DNA of 64,000 nt from a virus (lineage: Duplodnaviria > Caudoviricetes), in IMG/VR virus record IMGVR_UViG_3300011517_000006, positions 1-64,000 of that record; one strand, written 5' to 3'. The notes under the pieces are model-generated. The model searched no databases. It saw nothing but the letters and a program-made list of their open reading frames with translations, and was not told where the DNA came from. The position numbers and the translations under genes are program-made. Within the stretch, counting starts at the first letter, position 1; each line of letters begins with the position of its first letter. Shown piece after piece: positions 35,038 to 43,933 of the stretch.

Positions 35038-35723
35038 GCCGCGATCTCCGCAGCCCTGACAGCGGCCTCGATCCGGAAGCAGGCGGTGTCGAAATGCTTC
35101 GGATCGATCTCGACCCCCGTGAACCTCAGGCCCCGCTTGATCGCCGCCACGCCGGTCGAACCGCTGCCCATGAAGGGGTCGCACACGTTCGCGGCGTTGA
35201 TGGTGGCCAACACCTTGTCCATGACCGGATCGGGCTTGACCGTCGGATGATCGACACCGGTGAAACGGCCGCTCTCGCTCAGGATCCACCGCGCCTTGTC
35301 GGTCAGGCTTCCGACCGGATGCGCGCCCGCCAGCCAGGCGTGAACCCAGAACTCCGTGTCCGGCCGATAGTGCTTGTTCGCCACCGGCAGCGGGTTGGTC
35401 TTGTGCCAAGCGCAGACGACGGTCCGATGGTACCGCGCAGCCAGACGCGGCAGCAGCTGGGGCAGCTGATCGTTATGACAGAACACCGCCACCGACCGGA
35501 ACGTGGCCGGCGAACAGATCCGATCGTCGAACCCCTGATCCAGCCCGGCCGCCGCGATCCGATCCATGTTCGGCCGGGCCTTGCGGAAGCGTCCTGCCCC
35601 GCGCGTGTTGAACGCATACGGCGGATCGAACACCCCCGCGTCCTGGGGGCCCAGGGTCCGCACCACCTCGTACCCGTCGCCCAGGTAAAGCGTCGCCGGC
35701 CCGATGACCTCGATCCGGCTCAT
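35034..35723 (-). CDS. DNA methyltransferase (beta-class N4/N6)
   Basis: FDPPY precedes HPTVKP and DPFMGSGSTG...GVEID. Confidence 0.9.
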   Translation of the reverse strand: MSRIEVIGPATLYLGDGYEVVRTLGPQDAGVFDPPYAFNTRGAGRFRKARPNMDRIAAAGLDQGFDDRICSPATFRSVAVFCHNDQLPQLLPRLAARYHRTVVCAWHKTNPLPVANKHYRPDTEFWVHAWLAGAHPVGSLTDKARWILSESGRFTGVDHPTVKPDPVMDKVLATINAANVCDPFMGSGSTGVAAIKRGLRFTGVEIDPKHFDTACFRIEAAVRAAEIAA

Positions 35724-36121
35724 GCCGCCGCCCCGCGCGAGGCTTCGATCTGTCGCCGCGCCTCGGCCTTGTTGGCCGCTGTCATGAAATAGCCCACGCC
35801 CCAGCGGGTGCCGATCTCGATCCCGAACGGCTTCAGCTTCCGCCGGATGTGGCAGACGAAGACGTCCACGATCTTCATCTCGGGCTCATCCTCGCCCCGG
35901 TCGCGGTAAAGCGCCGCCATCGCGGAGTCCTTCGTCAGCAGCTCGCGCTCCAGCAGGACCCCGAACAGTCGGGCCTGCTGGACGGTCAGCCCCCACTCCA
36001 GCGGCGGCAGGACGCACAGGCCCATCGCCTCCTCCAGCTCAACGATGCGGTCTTCCAGGCGCGTGATCGTGGCCTGCAGCGCGGCCTCGCGCGCAACGGG
36101 GTCAACCTGCTCGACGGCCAC
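35720..36121 (-). CDS. Receiver-less OmpR-type winged-helix protein, CtrA-like DNA-binding domain
   Basis: EPEMKIVDVFVCHIRRKL...IGTRWGVGY; N-terminal coiled coil in place of a receiver domain. Confidence 0.8.
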   Translation of the reverse strand: MAVEQVDPVAREAALQATITRLEDRIVELEEAMGLCVLPPLEWGLTVQQARLFGVLLERELLTKDSAMAALYRDRGEDEPEMKIVDVFVCHIRRKLKPFGIEIGTRWGVGYFMTAANKAEARRQIEASRGAAA

Positions 36122-37019
36122 GACGTTTCCCCTTCCGGTACAGAACGATGGCCAGGGCCTTCCACAGCGGCGTCTTGTGCGTAGCCGCGAAAACCGCAGC
36201 CTCCTGTTCCGCCGCCTCGCCCAGCGCCAGCATCGCGTTCGCCACCCCTTCCGCGTCGATGTCCTCGCGGTATTCCTCGTCGTGCAGCAGCGTCTCGACC
36301 GCCTTGATCTGACCCGCCGTCAACGGCTGCGCCCGCCCCTTCACCAGGGCCTCCAGCACCATGCGCGCCCGCATGGCGCCGCGCCGGTTGATCAGGGCGC
36401 CGATCGCTCGCACCGCGACCGTGTCTCCGATGGCCCAGACCCCGTTGCCTGGCTGGGCGCGCAGCACTCTCACCCCGGCGCGGGCGCAGACCTGGTCAAT
36501 TGTCAGGGCGTCCTCGTCCCCGGCCGCCGCCGCCGCGTAGTGCATCTGCATCGGTGTGATGTTCAGCCGGTCGCGGTTGTGGCCGATGAAGCTGTGGGCC
36601 CGCTCTGATCGGCTCGCCGCCTCGACCACCATCACCGGAATGGTGGTCACCATCGGATGGCTGCACGCAGCGATCGCCGTATGCTGGCCGTCGATCACCT
36701 CCAGCCCGCGCTCCGTCCGGGCGCAGACCGGCGGCTTGAACCGACGCCAGTCCCAGCGGGCGCAGATCTTGCGCACCAGCTTGATGGACCGCTCCGACAG
36801 GTTGCGCTGATACCCTTCATCGATCAGCAGCGTGCCTGGATCGACCCATTCGAACGTCGGCGACGCCGTCTCGGCCGCCCCGGCCTCGACCCCCGACAGA
36901 TTGATGGCCTTCACGCCCCTCAGGGCCTTCGACACCGCTGCGGCCGCCAACTCGGCGTGGCATGCGGCCACATAGCGGTCGTCCGCCTGGCGAAACGCTT
37001 GACTGCCCAGCTCCGTCAT
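36102..37019 (-). CDS. ParB/Srx-like domain protein (DUF6551-like)
   Basis: LLIDEGYQR...VIDGQHT motif. Confidence 0.72.
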   Translation of the reverse strand: MTELGSQAFRQADDRYVAACHAELAAAAVSKALRGVKAINLSGVEAGAAETASPTFEWVDPGTLLIDEGYQRNLSERSIKLVRKICARWDWRRFKPPVCARTERGLEVIDGQHTAIAACSHPMVTTIPVMVVEAASRSERAHSFIGHNRDRLNITPMQMHYAAAAAGDEDALTIDQVCARAGVRVLRAQPGNGVWAIGDTVAVRAIGALINRRGAMRARMVLEALVKGRAQPLTAGQIKAVETLLHDEEYREDIDAEGVANAMLALGEAAEQEAAVFAATHKTPLWKALAIVLYRKGKRRGRRAG

Positions 37020-37378
37020 CCGTCGATGTCCTTTCGCTCGCGGCGCGTCGCCGCGCCCTGATGTCCGGCCAGCGCCTCGCGCGCCGCCTGCGCCGCCGCC
37101 TTCAGCGGCCCCTGCAGCTCGCGGCGGCCGGCCGTGGTCTCGGCGCAGTACCGCCGCGACAGGCGCGACAGCTGCACGCACGGGTTCGATCGGGTGACCA
37201 CGCCCGGCGCGCAGGCGTTCTTGGCCTCATGGGCGACGCGGGCCAGCGCCGTCATCGGCTTGCTGGGGGCCGCCGCCGCTGCGGCCTCGGCCTGGGCGAT
37301 CAGTTCGTTCCAGCAGGCCTCGTCATTGGCCGTCATCCGGCCGTCGGGCCCGCCGCGCAGATTGCCGAAGCGGCTCAT
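37016..37378 (-). CDS. Hypothetical phage protein
   Basis: GGAGG SD; ATGA-type coupling; ends RKDIDG. Confidence 0.6.
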   Translation of the reverse strand: MSRFGNLRGGPDGRMTANDEACWNELIAQAEAAAAAAPSKPMTALARVAHEAKNACAPGVVTRSNPCVQLSRLSRRYCAETTAGRRELQGPLKAAAQAAREALAGHQGAATRRERKDIDG

Positions 37379-37415
37379 GGGCGGGCCTCCGGCTGGGCCG
37401 TCTCAAAGACAGCAT

Positions 37416-37646
37416 CTATCCAGCGAGGTCGAGCAACTGCTCCGCCAGTTTCAGGGCCTGAGCCTTCGACAGCTCGATCGAACGACCCAATCCCATCATC
37501 CCGCCGAAGTCTCCGACCGCCAACAGGATGTTGTCCTTTTCCGCCCGGACGATGACCTGATCGGTGCTCGTGGTGACGCGGATGGTGGCCGTCGTCACGC
37601 TGATGGTCCCGTCCGCGCTGCGGCTGATCGTCTTTCGCTCGTACAT
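37416..37646 (-). CDS. Hypothetical protein
   Basis: MYERKTIS...; start could be further upstream at 37724. Confidence 0.5.
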   Translation of the reverse strand: MYERKTISRSADGTISVTTATIRVTTSTDQVIVRAEKDNILLAVGDFGGMMGLGRSIELSKAQALKLAEQLLDLAG

Positions 37647-37761
37647 GATGGGGCTCCCTTGCGATTGAACGGATGGATGGGCCGCTGGCGGAGGATTCGC
37701 CTCCGCCAGCGACTCGCTCTCCATTGGCGGCTTCCAAACTCAACCGATGGAGAGAACTGAA

Positions 37762-37998
37762 ATGGACGACGCCTTCATCGCCGCAACACGGTTCAAGATC
37801 GCCGCTCTCGAGACCGTTGTGGGGGACCTGATCACCGTGCTGCACGGCTTGGCCCCCGAAGAAATCGAAGCGCTTCAGATCGCGACCGAGCAACGCATGG
37901 CGAGTGCCGAGGACGACGTGTCCCGCCGGCTTCACGAACTCCGTCTTCAGCTTCTTGATGATGGCGTCTCGCGCAGCACAGCGCTTCAGGGGCGATAG
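37762..37998 (+). CDS. Hypothetical protein (moron)
   Basis: Helical 78-aa ORF on the strand opposite to the early operon. Confidence 0.5.
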   Translation: MDDAFIAATRFKIAALETVVGDLITVLHGLAPEEIEALQIATEQRMASAEDDVSRRLHELRLQLLDDGVSRSTALQGR

Positions 37999-38054
37999 GC
38001 CCGATAGATCGGCCTGAACGCCGCCCCGTTCCATGTGGCTAGACGGGCGGCGGC

Positions 38055-38774
38055 TCATGGGCGGGCCCCCGAGGCTGCCGGGGCGCATTGGACTTCTCCG
38101 TCAGTTTCGTGATGAACAGAGCGATGCGTTTCCTCGCCGCCCTGATCGCCGCAGCCTTCACCGGCCTCGCTGCGCCCGCCTTGGCTGATCCGTGCAAGCG
38201 GATTCCCGACCGAGGCCCCATGCCCGCCGAACTGGCGCGCGGGCGCACCTTCTCCGGCCCGGTCGTCTACGTCGGCGACGGCGACAGCCTGTGTGTCGAG
38301 ACCCTGCGAGAGCGGGGCGGGAATGGTTGGGTCGAGGTCCGCCTGGCGGACTTCAATGCGCCCGAGCTGAACGACCCCGGCGGCCGCGCCGCCCGCGACG
38401 CCCTGGTCGCCATTGCCATGAACCGCCGCGTCGTCTGCGTCGCTGGCCGCAAATCCTACGATCGCGTCGTCGCCCGCTGTACGCTCGGCGGTGTCGGGCT
38501 CGGCGAGCGGATGCGGCGGCGGGGCATCGCCGAAGGCGGGCGCTGACGGTACAGCGAAGAACCAGTCTCCGCTGAACGGAAGATCGCGCCGCAGCGCCTC
38601 ATCCCTGATCTTTACCAATACAGGGTAGGACGGGTTGTCTCTCCCGTTTTCGTAACGTGAGATCGAAGGCCGCTGCACCCCCGCGATTTCGGCGAACTCC
38701 TCCTGACGGACGCCAAAGACATGGCGGCGCACCCAGCGGATCGGCGAGTCGGTTATGAGCGAATCACTAGCCAT
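38055..38774 (-). CDS. Cro-like HTH repressor of prophage 1 (XRE domain in the first about 75 aa)
   Basis: QEEFAEIAGVQRPSISRYENG; divergent from cI; the frame runs on antisense through the nuclease gene. Confidence 0.72.
   Translation of the reverse strand: MASDSLITDSPIRWVRRHVFGVRQEEFAEIAGVQRPSISRYENGRDNPSYPVLVKIRDEALRRDLPFSGDWFFAVPSAPAFGDAPPPHPLAEPDTAERTAGDDAIVGFAASDADDAAVHGNGDQGVAGGAAAGVVQLGRIEVRQADLDPTIPAPLSQGLDTQAVAVADVDDRAGEGAPARQFGGHGASVGNPLARISQGGRSEAGEGCGDQGGEETHRSVHHETDGEVQCAPAASGARP
38124..38546 (+). CDS. Secreted thermonuclease (SNase family)
   Basis: Signal peptide MRFLAALIAAAFTGLAAPALA; VGDGDSL, VRLADFNAPEL and SYDRVVA motifs. Confidence 0.85.
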   Translation: MRFLAALIAAAFTGLAAPALADPCKRIPDRGPMPAELARGRTFSGPVVYVGDGDSLCVETLRERGGNGWVEVRLADFNAPELNDPGGRAARDALVAIAMNRRVVCVAGRKSYDRVVARCTLGGVGLGERMRRRGIAEGGR

Positions 38775-38779
38775 GCGCC

Positions 38780-38846
38780 TTTTGTGCGTGATTCGCACAA
38801 AAAGAACAGCTAGGAAGTTCGCCTTATGAACGTGCGCGAGGCGAAC
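38780..38846. promoter_or_regulatory. Operator cluster between cro and cI (GTGCG-N5-CGCAC family)
   Basis: GTGCGtgattCGCAC 38784-38798, GTTCGccttaTGAAC 38817-38831, GTGCGcgaggCGAAC 38832-38846. Confidence 0.7.
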
Positions 38847-38867
38847 TTATTGGGGATAGGCGGTCTT

Positions 38868-39500
38868 ATGACCGTTCGACGCCCCACAAATCGCCTCGGC
38901 CGGCCCGAACTTCCAGTGGAAGAGGATACGGCTGGAGGGCGCCTGCGCGCACTCAGGAAGCTAGCTCGAGAAGACCAACAAGATCTTGCCGATGCTTTGG
39001 GCGTAAGCCGCACCCAAGTATCCAAGTACGAGAACGCCGGGCATGTAATGCCCGACTACATTATCGAGCGCGCCGCCCAACACTACGGGGTCACTCCCGC
39101 CTTTCTACGCTACGGAGATACCGACAACCGAATGGCCAAGGTGGTCGGACGCGTCGGCGCAGGCGGCCACGTCGAGGCCATCGAACAGCCGCCCTGGCGT
39201 TACGTCGAGGTCCCGGCGAGTTGGCGCGACGCGATTGCGCTCGAAGTCTCCGGCACCTCTTGTTGGCCGATCTACGACGACGGCGACGACATCGTCATCA
39301 GAGGCGAGCGACGCTTGATAGCTGAGGAAATCATCGGCCGGATGTGCGTTGTCGAAACAGTCGACGGCCTTGGGCTAGTTAAGCGTGTGCGGAAGGGAAC
39401 GCAGGAAGGCCTGTTCACACTTGAAAGCCCCAATGCGCCGCCGATCGAAGATGTGCAGCTCGCTAGCGGTCGCCCCGTGAAACTCCACGCCCCTCGCTAG
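38868..39500 (+). CDS. cI: CI-like repressor (XRE HTH plus S24 peptidase)
   Basis: QQDLADALGVSRTQVSKYEN; VGAG cleavage site; VSGTS and VKR catalytic motifs; alternative start 38826. Confidence 0.88.
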   Translation: MTVRRPTNRLGRPELPVEEDTAGGRLRALRKLAREDQQDLADALGVSRTQVSKYENAGHVMPDYIIERAAQHYGVTPAFLRYGDTDNRMAKVVGRVGAGGHVEAIEQPPWRYVEVPASWRDAIALEVSGTSCWPIYDDGDDIVIRGERRLIAEEIIGRMCVVETVDGLGLVKRVRKGTQEGLFTLESPNAPPIEDVQLASGRPVKLHAPR

Positions 39501-39859
39501 TTCAAAAGATGCAAGCATCTCAAGTCCAAGTCTGAGCAACGCTCCTCGACGATCAACGGCTCTACCACCACTCCTCCAGTCGTGATCATCTGGCACTCGA
39601 TCACACGAGGCGGGCCGTGAGAGAGGGTGCGGGGCGGGTGAATCCCCGGCGTCCGCGCGCCCGCTACTCCGCCCTCCCTGGCCTTGATCCATGCCAAGTT
39701 ACAGGTTTGACCGGGTCGTTCATCTAACCCAGCCAACTGCACAGCCAAATCGCCACGCTGCTCTCTCGTCGTCGCATCCTCGTGTGCCGCGAACATCACA
39801 GCAGCCACGCCCGCGAAAAGCAGCAGAACACAACCAACCGCCCAATTAGACTTCTTCAT
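39497..39859 (-). CDS. Membrane-anchored protein convergent with cI
   Basis: N-terminal TM; Cys-containing periplasmic-like part; GGAG SD. Confidence 0.55.
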   Translation of the reverse strand: MKKSNWAVGCVLLLFAGVAAVMFAAHEDATTREQRGDLAVQLAGLDERPGQTCNLAWIKAREGGVAGARTPGIHPPRTLSHGPPRVIECQMITTGGVVVEPLIVEERCSDLDLRCLHLLN

Positions 39860-39950
39860 CGTGGCCCCTCCGCGCCCCTCCTTTGTGCGCGATTCAGCAC
39901 CGCCATGATAGGCGACCAATGAATTCCAAAGCGTCACATAACGCCAATAA

Positions 39951-39998
39951 GTGCGCTTGACGCACATACAAAAGCAGACATATGTTCGCGTTACGCAC
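39951..39998 (+). promoter_or_regulatory. Early promoter with two operators (pL/OL analogue)
   Basis: GTGCGcttgaCGCAC overlapping TTGACG (-35); GTTCGcgttaCGCAC at 39984-39998. Confidence 0.72.
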
Positions 39999-40015
39999 AT
40001 AACGCGGAGGCCTCC

Positions 40016-40546
40016 ATGGCCCAGTCTGATCTACCTGCCTTCGAAGCCGTACTCCGCTCGCCCCAGGGCGAGATACGGGTTTGGCTTGAGCCTGCGACGA
40101 ACCCGGACGCAGAGGCGCACGCCGTGCGCACTCGCCTGCGCATCGACTACGGCGACGAAGCCGACCGTCTTGTTCACGACCAGGCCGCCCTGCGCCTGGT
40201 CGCCCAGCTGACCCGCGCCGTGCGCGGCCTGTCCGGCGCAGGCACGGCCGAGACCGCCGCCGTCGCCGCCGCCCCCAGCGTCGGCCCATGGCTAGTCGAG
40301 CGCACCGAGGCCGAGCCGACGACGCGCACCCTCGTCGCCCATCTGTTTCAGGACTACCTCGCCTGGTGCGACCGACGCGCCTTCACGCCCCTGTCCCGTT
40401 TCGACTTCGGCCGCGAGCTGGAGCAGCGCGGCTTCCCCTCCGCAGGCAAGATTCGTCAGGGCGCGACCCAGGGTCATGCGCGCGGCGGCCTGCGCCTGCG
40501 GCCGGTCGCTGTCGGGTCGGCTCTCAAGACGGGAGACGCCCGATGA
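40016..40546 (+). CDS. Protein with a D5/primase-C-terminal-like winged helix
   Basis: LFQDYLAWC.....PLSRFDFGRELEQRGF...RGGLRL motif. Confidence 0.6.
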   Translation: MAQSDLPAFEAVLRSPQGEIRVWLEPATNPDAEAHAVRTRLRIDYGDEADRLVHDQAALRLVAQLTRAVRGLSGAGTAETAAVAAAPSVGPWLVERTEAEPTTRTLVAHLFQDYLAWCDRRAFTPLSRFDFGRELEQRGFPSAGKIRQGATQGHARGGLRLRPVAVGSALKTGDAR

Positions 40547-40968
40547 TCCTCCCGCCCCACGTCTCGGCGCTCGCCGCCGTTCCGGCGCCGTCGAGGCCGG
40601 ACGCCGCGTCCGCCCCGAACGTCTTCCCCGGCGCCGTCCCGGTCGTCAGCATCGATGACGACCTGCTCGACATCATCGCCCAGCTGCACACCGCGCCCAT
40701 TCGGTCCTTCGACCTCTCGACGGCCGCGGTGATCTCGGGCCCCTTCGTCGAAGGGCGCGTCTGCATCCGCATGGACGGTCGGTCCTGGTCGCTTCCGACC
40801 GTCTCCTGTTCCGTCCTCGCCCTGCTGGTCCGCCTGGAGCGCGACTTGCGCGCCTGCGACCTCTTCGCCGACGCCTTCAACGCCGCCGTGGCCCAGGCCG
40901 AGGCCAAGGTGGACGCCGTCCACGCCTGGTCGGGTCGAATCCGACCGACCGAAGGGGACGAAGGCTGA
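40543..40968 (+). CDS. Hypothetical phage protein
   Basis: ATGA coupling; typical codon usage. Confidence 0.65.
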   Translation: MILPPHVSALAAVPAPSRPDAASAPNVFPGAVPVVSIDDDLLDIIAQLHTAPIRSFDLSTAAVISGPFVEGRVCIRMDGRSWSLPTVSCSVLALLVRLERDLRACDLFADAFNAAVAQAEAKVDAVHAWSGRIRPTEGDEG

Positions 40969-41375
40969 TGGCGTCCGCCCTTTCCTTCGCCGACGCCGCC
41001 GCCATGCGCGCAGCCCTGGCCGACAATGACACAGGCCCGTTGGTCGTGATCGAGCTGCGGCCGCCCTGCGCCTCCGAACGCATCGAGATCTCAGGCGGCT
41101 TCGACGGCCCCGACCCGGTCCAGGTGGTTAAATCCCTCTGCCGCGCCTTGGAATGCGGCCCGGGCGCCGTCGCCGCCGTCATCGACCCGACAGCGCGCGG
41201 CCTGCGCGGCGAAGAGGCGCGCTGTTACGTCCTGGACAAGGCGGACCGTCGCGTCGCCCGTATCTGCGGCCTCAGCTTCGCCTATGTGAACGTCGCGGCC
41301 TCGGCCCTGGCCAACAGCGGCTGGCGACCGGGCATGAACCGCGAGAGCGGCCTCCGTCCGGATGCCTTCCAATGA
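40968..41375 (+). CDS. Hypothetical phage protein
   Basis: TGATG coupling; typical codon usage. Confidence 0.65.
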   Translation: MASALSFADAAAMRAALADNDTGPLVVIELRPPCASERIEISGGFDGPDPVQVVKSLCRALECGPGAVAAVIDPTARGLRGEEARCYVLDKADRRVARICGLSFAYVNVAASALANSGWRPGMNRESGLRPDAFQ

Positions 41376-41521
41376 AGCGCAACGGCCGCCTTCTCACCGA
41401 CACGGGCCGCGAAGCCCTCGCCGCCGTCCTGGTCATCCTCCTCGCCGTCGCCTTCGCCGGCGCTGCGCTCCAGGCCCGGGGACCCGCCCAACCCCTGCCC
41501 GCTCAACACCGGATCCGCTGA
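41372..41521 (+). CDS. Small single-TM protein
   Basis: [33 protein letters not shown]...; ATGA coupling. Confidence 0.6.
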   Translation: MKRNGRLLTDTGREALAAVLVILLAVAFAGAALQARGPAQPLPAQHRIR

Positions 41522-41522
41522 C

Positions 41523-43499
41523 ATGGCTTCCCCTGCCCTGCGCGAAATGCGCGAGGCCGACTTCCCGGCCGTCGTGCACACCTACACCGACGTCCTGCGC
41601 CTTCTGCGTGATCAGCCGCAAGGCGACGCGGGCCATCTGGCCCGCCTGACCGGCCGTGACGGCTCGAACGTCCGCCGCGACATGCACAAGCTGGTCGACG
41701 CCGGCGTCGTCCAACACGACGGGGCCTGCTGGATCCTGACCGACAAGGGCCGTCAATGGGTCGCCGGCCAGGACGTGGCCGAGGGTCTGATTTCGCCCGA
41801 CGGTTCCGCGGTTCCGGTCACCCGCTGTCCCATCGATCAGATCCGGCCCAACCCGGCCAACCGCCCGATCGACCCCGAGACCATTCCCGACCTGGCCCTG
41901 TCGATCATCGGCGCGGACGACGTGCTCCAGCCCCTGATCCTGACCCCGCCCGACGCGAACGGCGTGCGCATGATCCTGGCCGGCGAGCGTCGCTGGCGCG
42001 CTGTCCGCCACATCATGGAAACGGGCAGCACCCTGCCCGCCGCCCTGACGCCCGGCGTCCCCTTCGTCGAGCGCGAGGCGACCGAGGCCGAGGCTCTGCA
42101 GATCACCATCATCGAGAACAGCCAGCGCCAGGACCTCTCGCCATGGGAAGACGCCCAGCTGCTGCTGCAGCTGCAGGCCGCCACCGGCTGGAACGCCTCC
42201 GAGCTGGCCCGCAACATCGGCCGCGCGGCCGAGGGCGAACGCTCCGGGCTGCGCGACGTCCAGACCAAGCTGAAGGTCGCCCGCGAGGCCTCCCCCGCCG
42301 CCATCGCCGCCTATCTCGACAACGGCAGCTGGGACCAGCTGCGCAGCAGCGTCAGCCAGCCCAAGGCCACGACGCTCTCCGACCAGGTCGCCGAGTACGG
42401 CGCGGCCAGCCTCAAGCCCGGCGAACCCACCCCGCTTGAGCAGGCGATCGAGGAGGCGCAGCAGCTTTACACCGTCGCCGATTTCGGCGTCCCGGCCGAT
42501 TGGAAGGCCGACGACTTGGGCGCGGCGGCAGCCTGGCTGGAGACCGGCACCCTCGAGATGCTGACCTGCACTGACGGCAGGGTCAGCGCCACCATCTATG
42601 TGGCTCAGCTCAAAGGCGGCGCTTGCTGGCTGAACGGCACGTCGCACACCGCCGCGACGTCCGGCCACTCCTCCAGCCTGAATGGCGTCTGGAGATCCGC
42701 CGCCCCGGCCTTCGTGAGCCGGAAACGCGCGATTGAAGCGGCCGCCGCCTACCTCAAGCTCACCTACGGGGCGCACCTGACCAAGCGCATCCGGGATTGG
42801 CTCAGCGACCCAGAAGGCGCGCCGACCGGCCCCCATGTTGTAAACGGGATCGACTACGGCAACGCCACCCGCGCAAACGAAGCGCGCTACGCCGCCGGCA
42901 TCCTCCAGCGCCCGGCCGCCAACTACGGCTCAGCATCCCGCAGGGATCCGCCCGCGCCCGCCGCCGAACCCGGCGACGCCGACACGCCCGCGCCGGCGTC
43001 CTCCGCCCGCGAAGAACTGGCCGAACAACGCCTCGAGCGCCTCGGCGCGGCCCTGCAGGTCCTGACCGAGCGGCTCGAGCCCCTGCTCGCCGTCCTGCGC
43101 GGCGACCGCACCGACGACGGCCTGGTCACGCTCGAGACCGACGACGCCGAGTACTACGAGCGCGAGATCTCCGAGGCCTGTCAGTGGGCCGAGGACGCCC
43201 TGGCCGACACCAGCACCGTCTTCGACGGCTGGGGCGAGGAGACGCCGCGCCCGGACCTGGGCGCGCCTGCCGTGCCGATCCGCCAGTCGATCACGGCGGA
43301 CCACATCGTCTGTCTCGAGGACGGCCGCAAGTTCAAGTCGCTGAAGCGCCACCTGCGCACCCGCTACAACCTCTCGCCGGAAGAGTACCGCCGGCGCTGG
43401 GGTCTCCCGGCCGACTACCCCATGGTCGCGCCCAACTACGCCAAGGCGCGCGAGGATCTGGTCCGCCGGATGGCCCTCGGCCTGGCGGGGACGCGCTGA
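41523..43499 (+). CDS. wHTH - ParB (CTPase) - HTH - MucR/Ros zinc-finger fusion protein
   Basis: ParB box [10 protein letters not shown] and [14 protein letters not shown]; C-terminal [44 protein letters not shown]. Confidence 0.88.
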   Translation: MASPALREMREADFPAVVHTYTDVLRLLRDQPQGDAGHLARLTGRDGSNVRRDMHKLVDAGVVQHDGACWILTDKGRQWVAGQDVAEGLISPDGSAVPVTRCPIDQIRPNPANRPIDPETIPDLALSIIGADDVLQPLILTPPDANGVRMILAGERRWRAVRHIMETGSTLPAALTPGVPFVEREATEAEALQITIIENSQRQDLSPWEDAQLLLQLQAATGWNASELARNIGRAAEGERSGLRDVQTKLKVAREASPAAIAAYLDNGSWDQLRSSVSQPKATTLSDQVAEYGAASLKPGEPTPLEQAIEEAQQLYTVADFGVPADWKADDLGAAAAWLETGTLEMLTCTDGRVSATIYVAQLKGGACWLNGTSHTAATSGHSSSLNGVWRSAAPAFVSRKRAIEAAAAYLKLTYGAHLTKRIRDWLSDPEGAPTGPHVVNGIDYGNATRANEARYAAGILQRPAANYGSASRRDPPAPAAEPGDADTPAPASSAREELAEQRLERLGAALQVLTERLEPLLAVLRGDRTDDGLVTLETDDAEYYEREISEACQWAEDALADTSTVFDGWGEETPRPDLGAPAVPIRQSITADHIVCLEDGRKFKSLKRHLRTRYNLSPEEYRRRWGLPADYPMVAPNYAKAREDLVRRMALGLAGTR

Positions 43500-43933
43500 T
43501 GTCCGCCCGCCCCTGGATCGAAGGCGCCGCCCTTCTGGCCGCCCATCACCGCGCCGCACCGGCGCCCCGAACTCTTCACCGCAGGAGCTATCCCGTGTCC
43601 CCCGACGTCCGCTTCGCCCTGCTCAGGGCTGACCCCCAGAACCAGCAGTCGGCCAAACCTCTGGCCTTTCCCGACATCGGCGCCCTGGCGCGCCACATTC
43701 AGCGCGAACGCGCCGGACGCTCGATCGAGCTGGTCGACATCGAGGACCTGCGCTTCGACGGCGACGCCAACATGCGCGAGGGCGTCTCGGTCTACGTCCT
43801 GGACCTCGGCGGCGATCGCGACGGCCTGATCGGCCACTGCTGGCTTGACGGCCAGGGGCAGGACGCCCTGCGCCACGCCCTCGCCCGCAACCAGCTGGCG
43901 AGCATCAGCGCCCCTTCGGCGAGGGCCGCCTGA
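43499..43933 (+). CDS. Hypothetical phage protein
   Basis: TGATG coupling; typical codon usage. Confidence 0.6.
   Translation: MSARPWIEGAALLAAHHRAAPAPRTLHRRSYPVSPDVRFALLRADPQNQQSAKPLAFPDIGALARHIQRERAGRSIELVDIEDLRFDGDANMREGVSVYVLDLGGDRDGLIGHCWLDGQGQDALRHALARNQLASISAPSARAA

Noticed and set aside
7000-37000. Numerous long plus-strand ORFs (e.g. 11733-14402, 16361-17626, 24566-25756, 33059-34273)
   Set aside because: Antisense shadows of high-GC minus-strand genes; Arg/Pro/Ala-rich with no motifs or SD.
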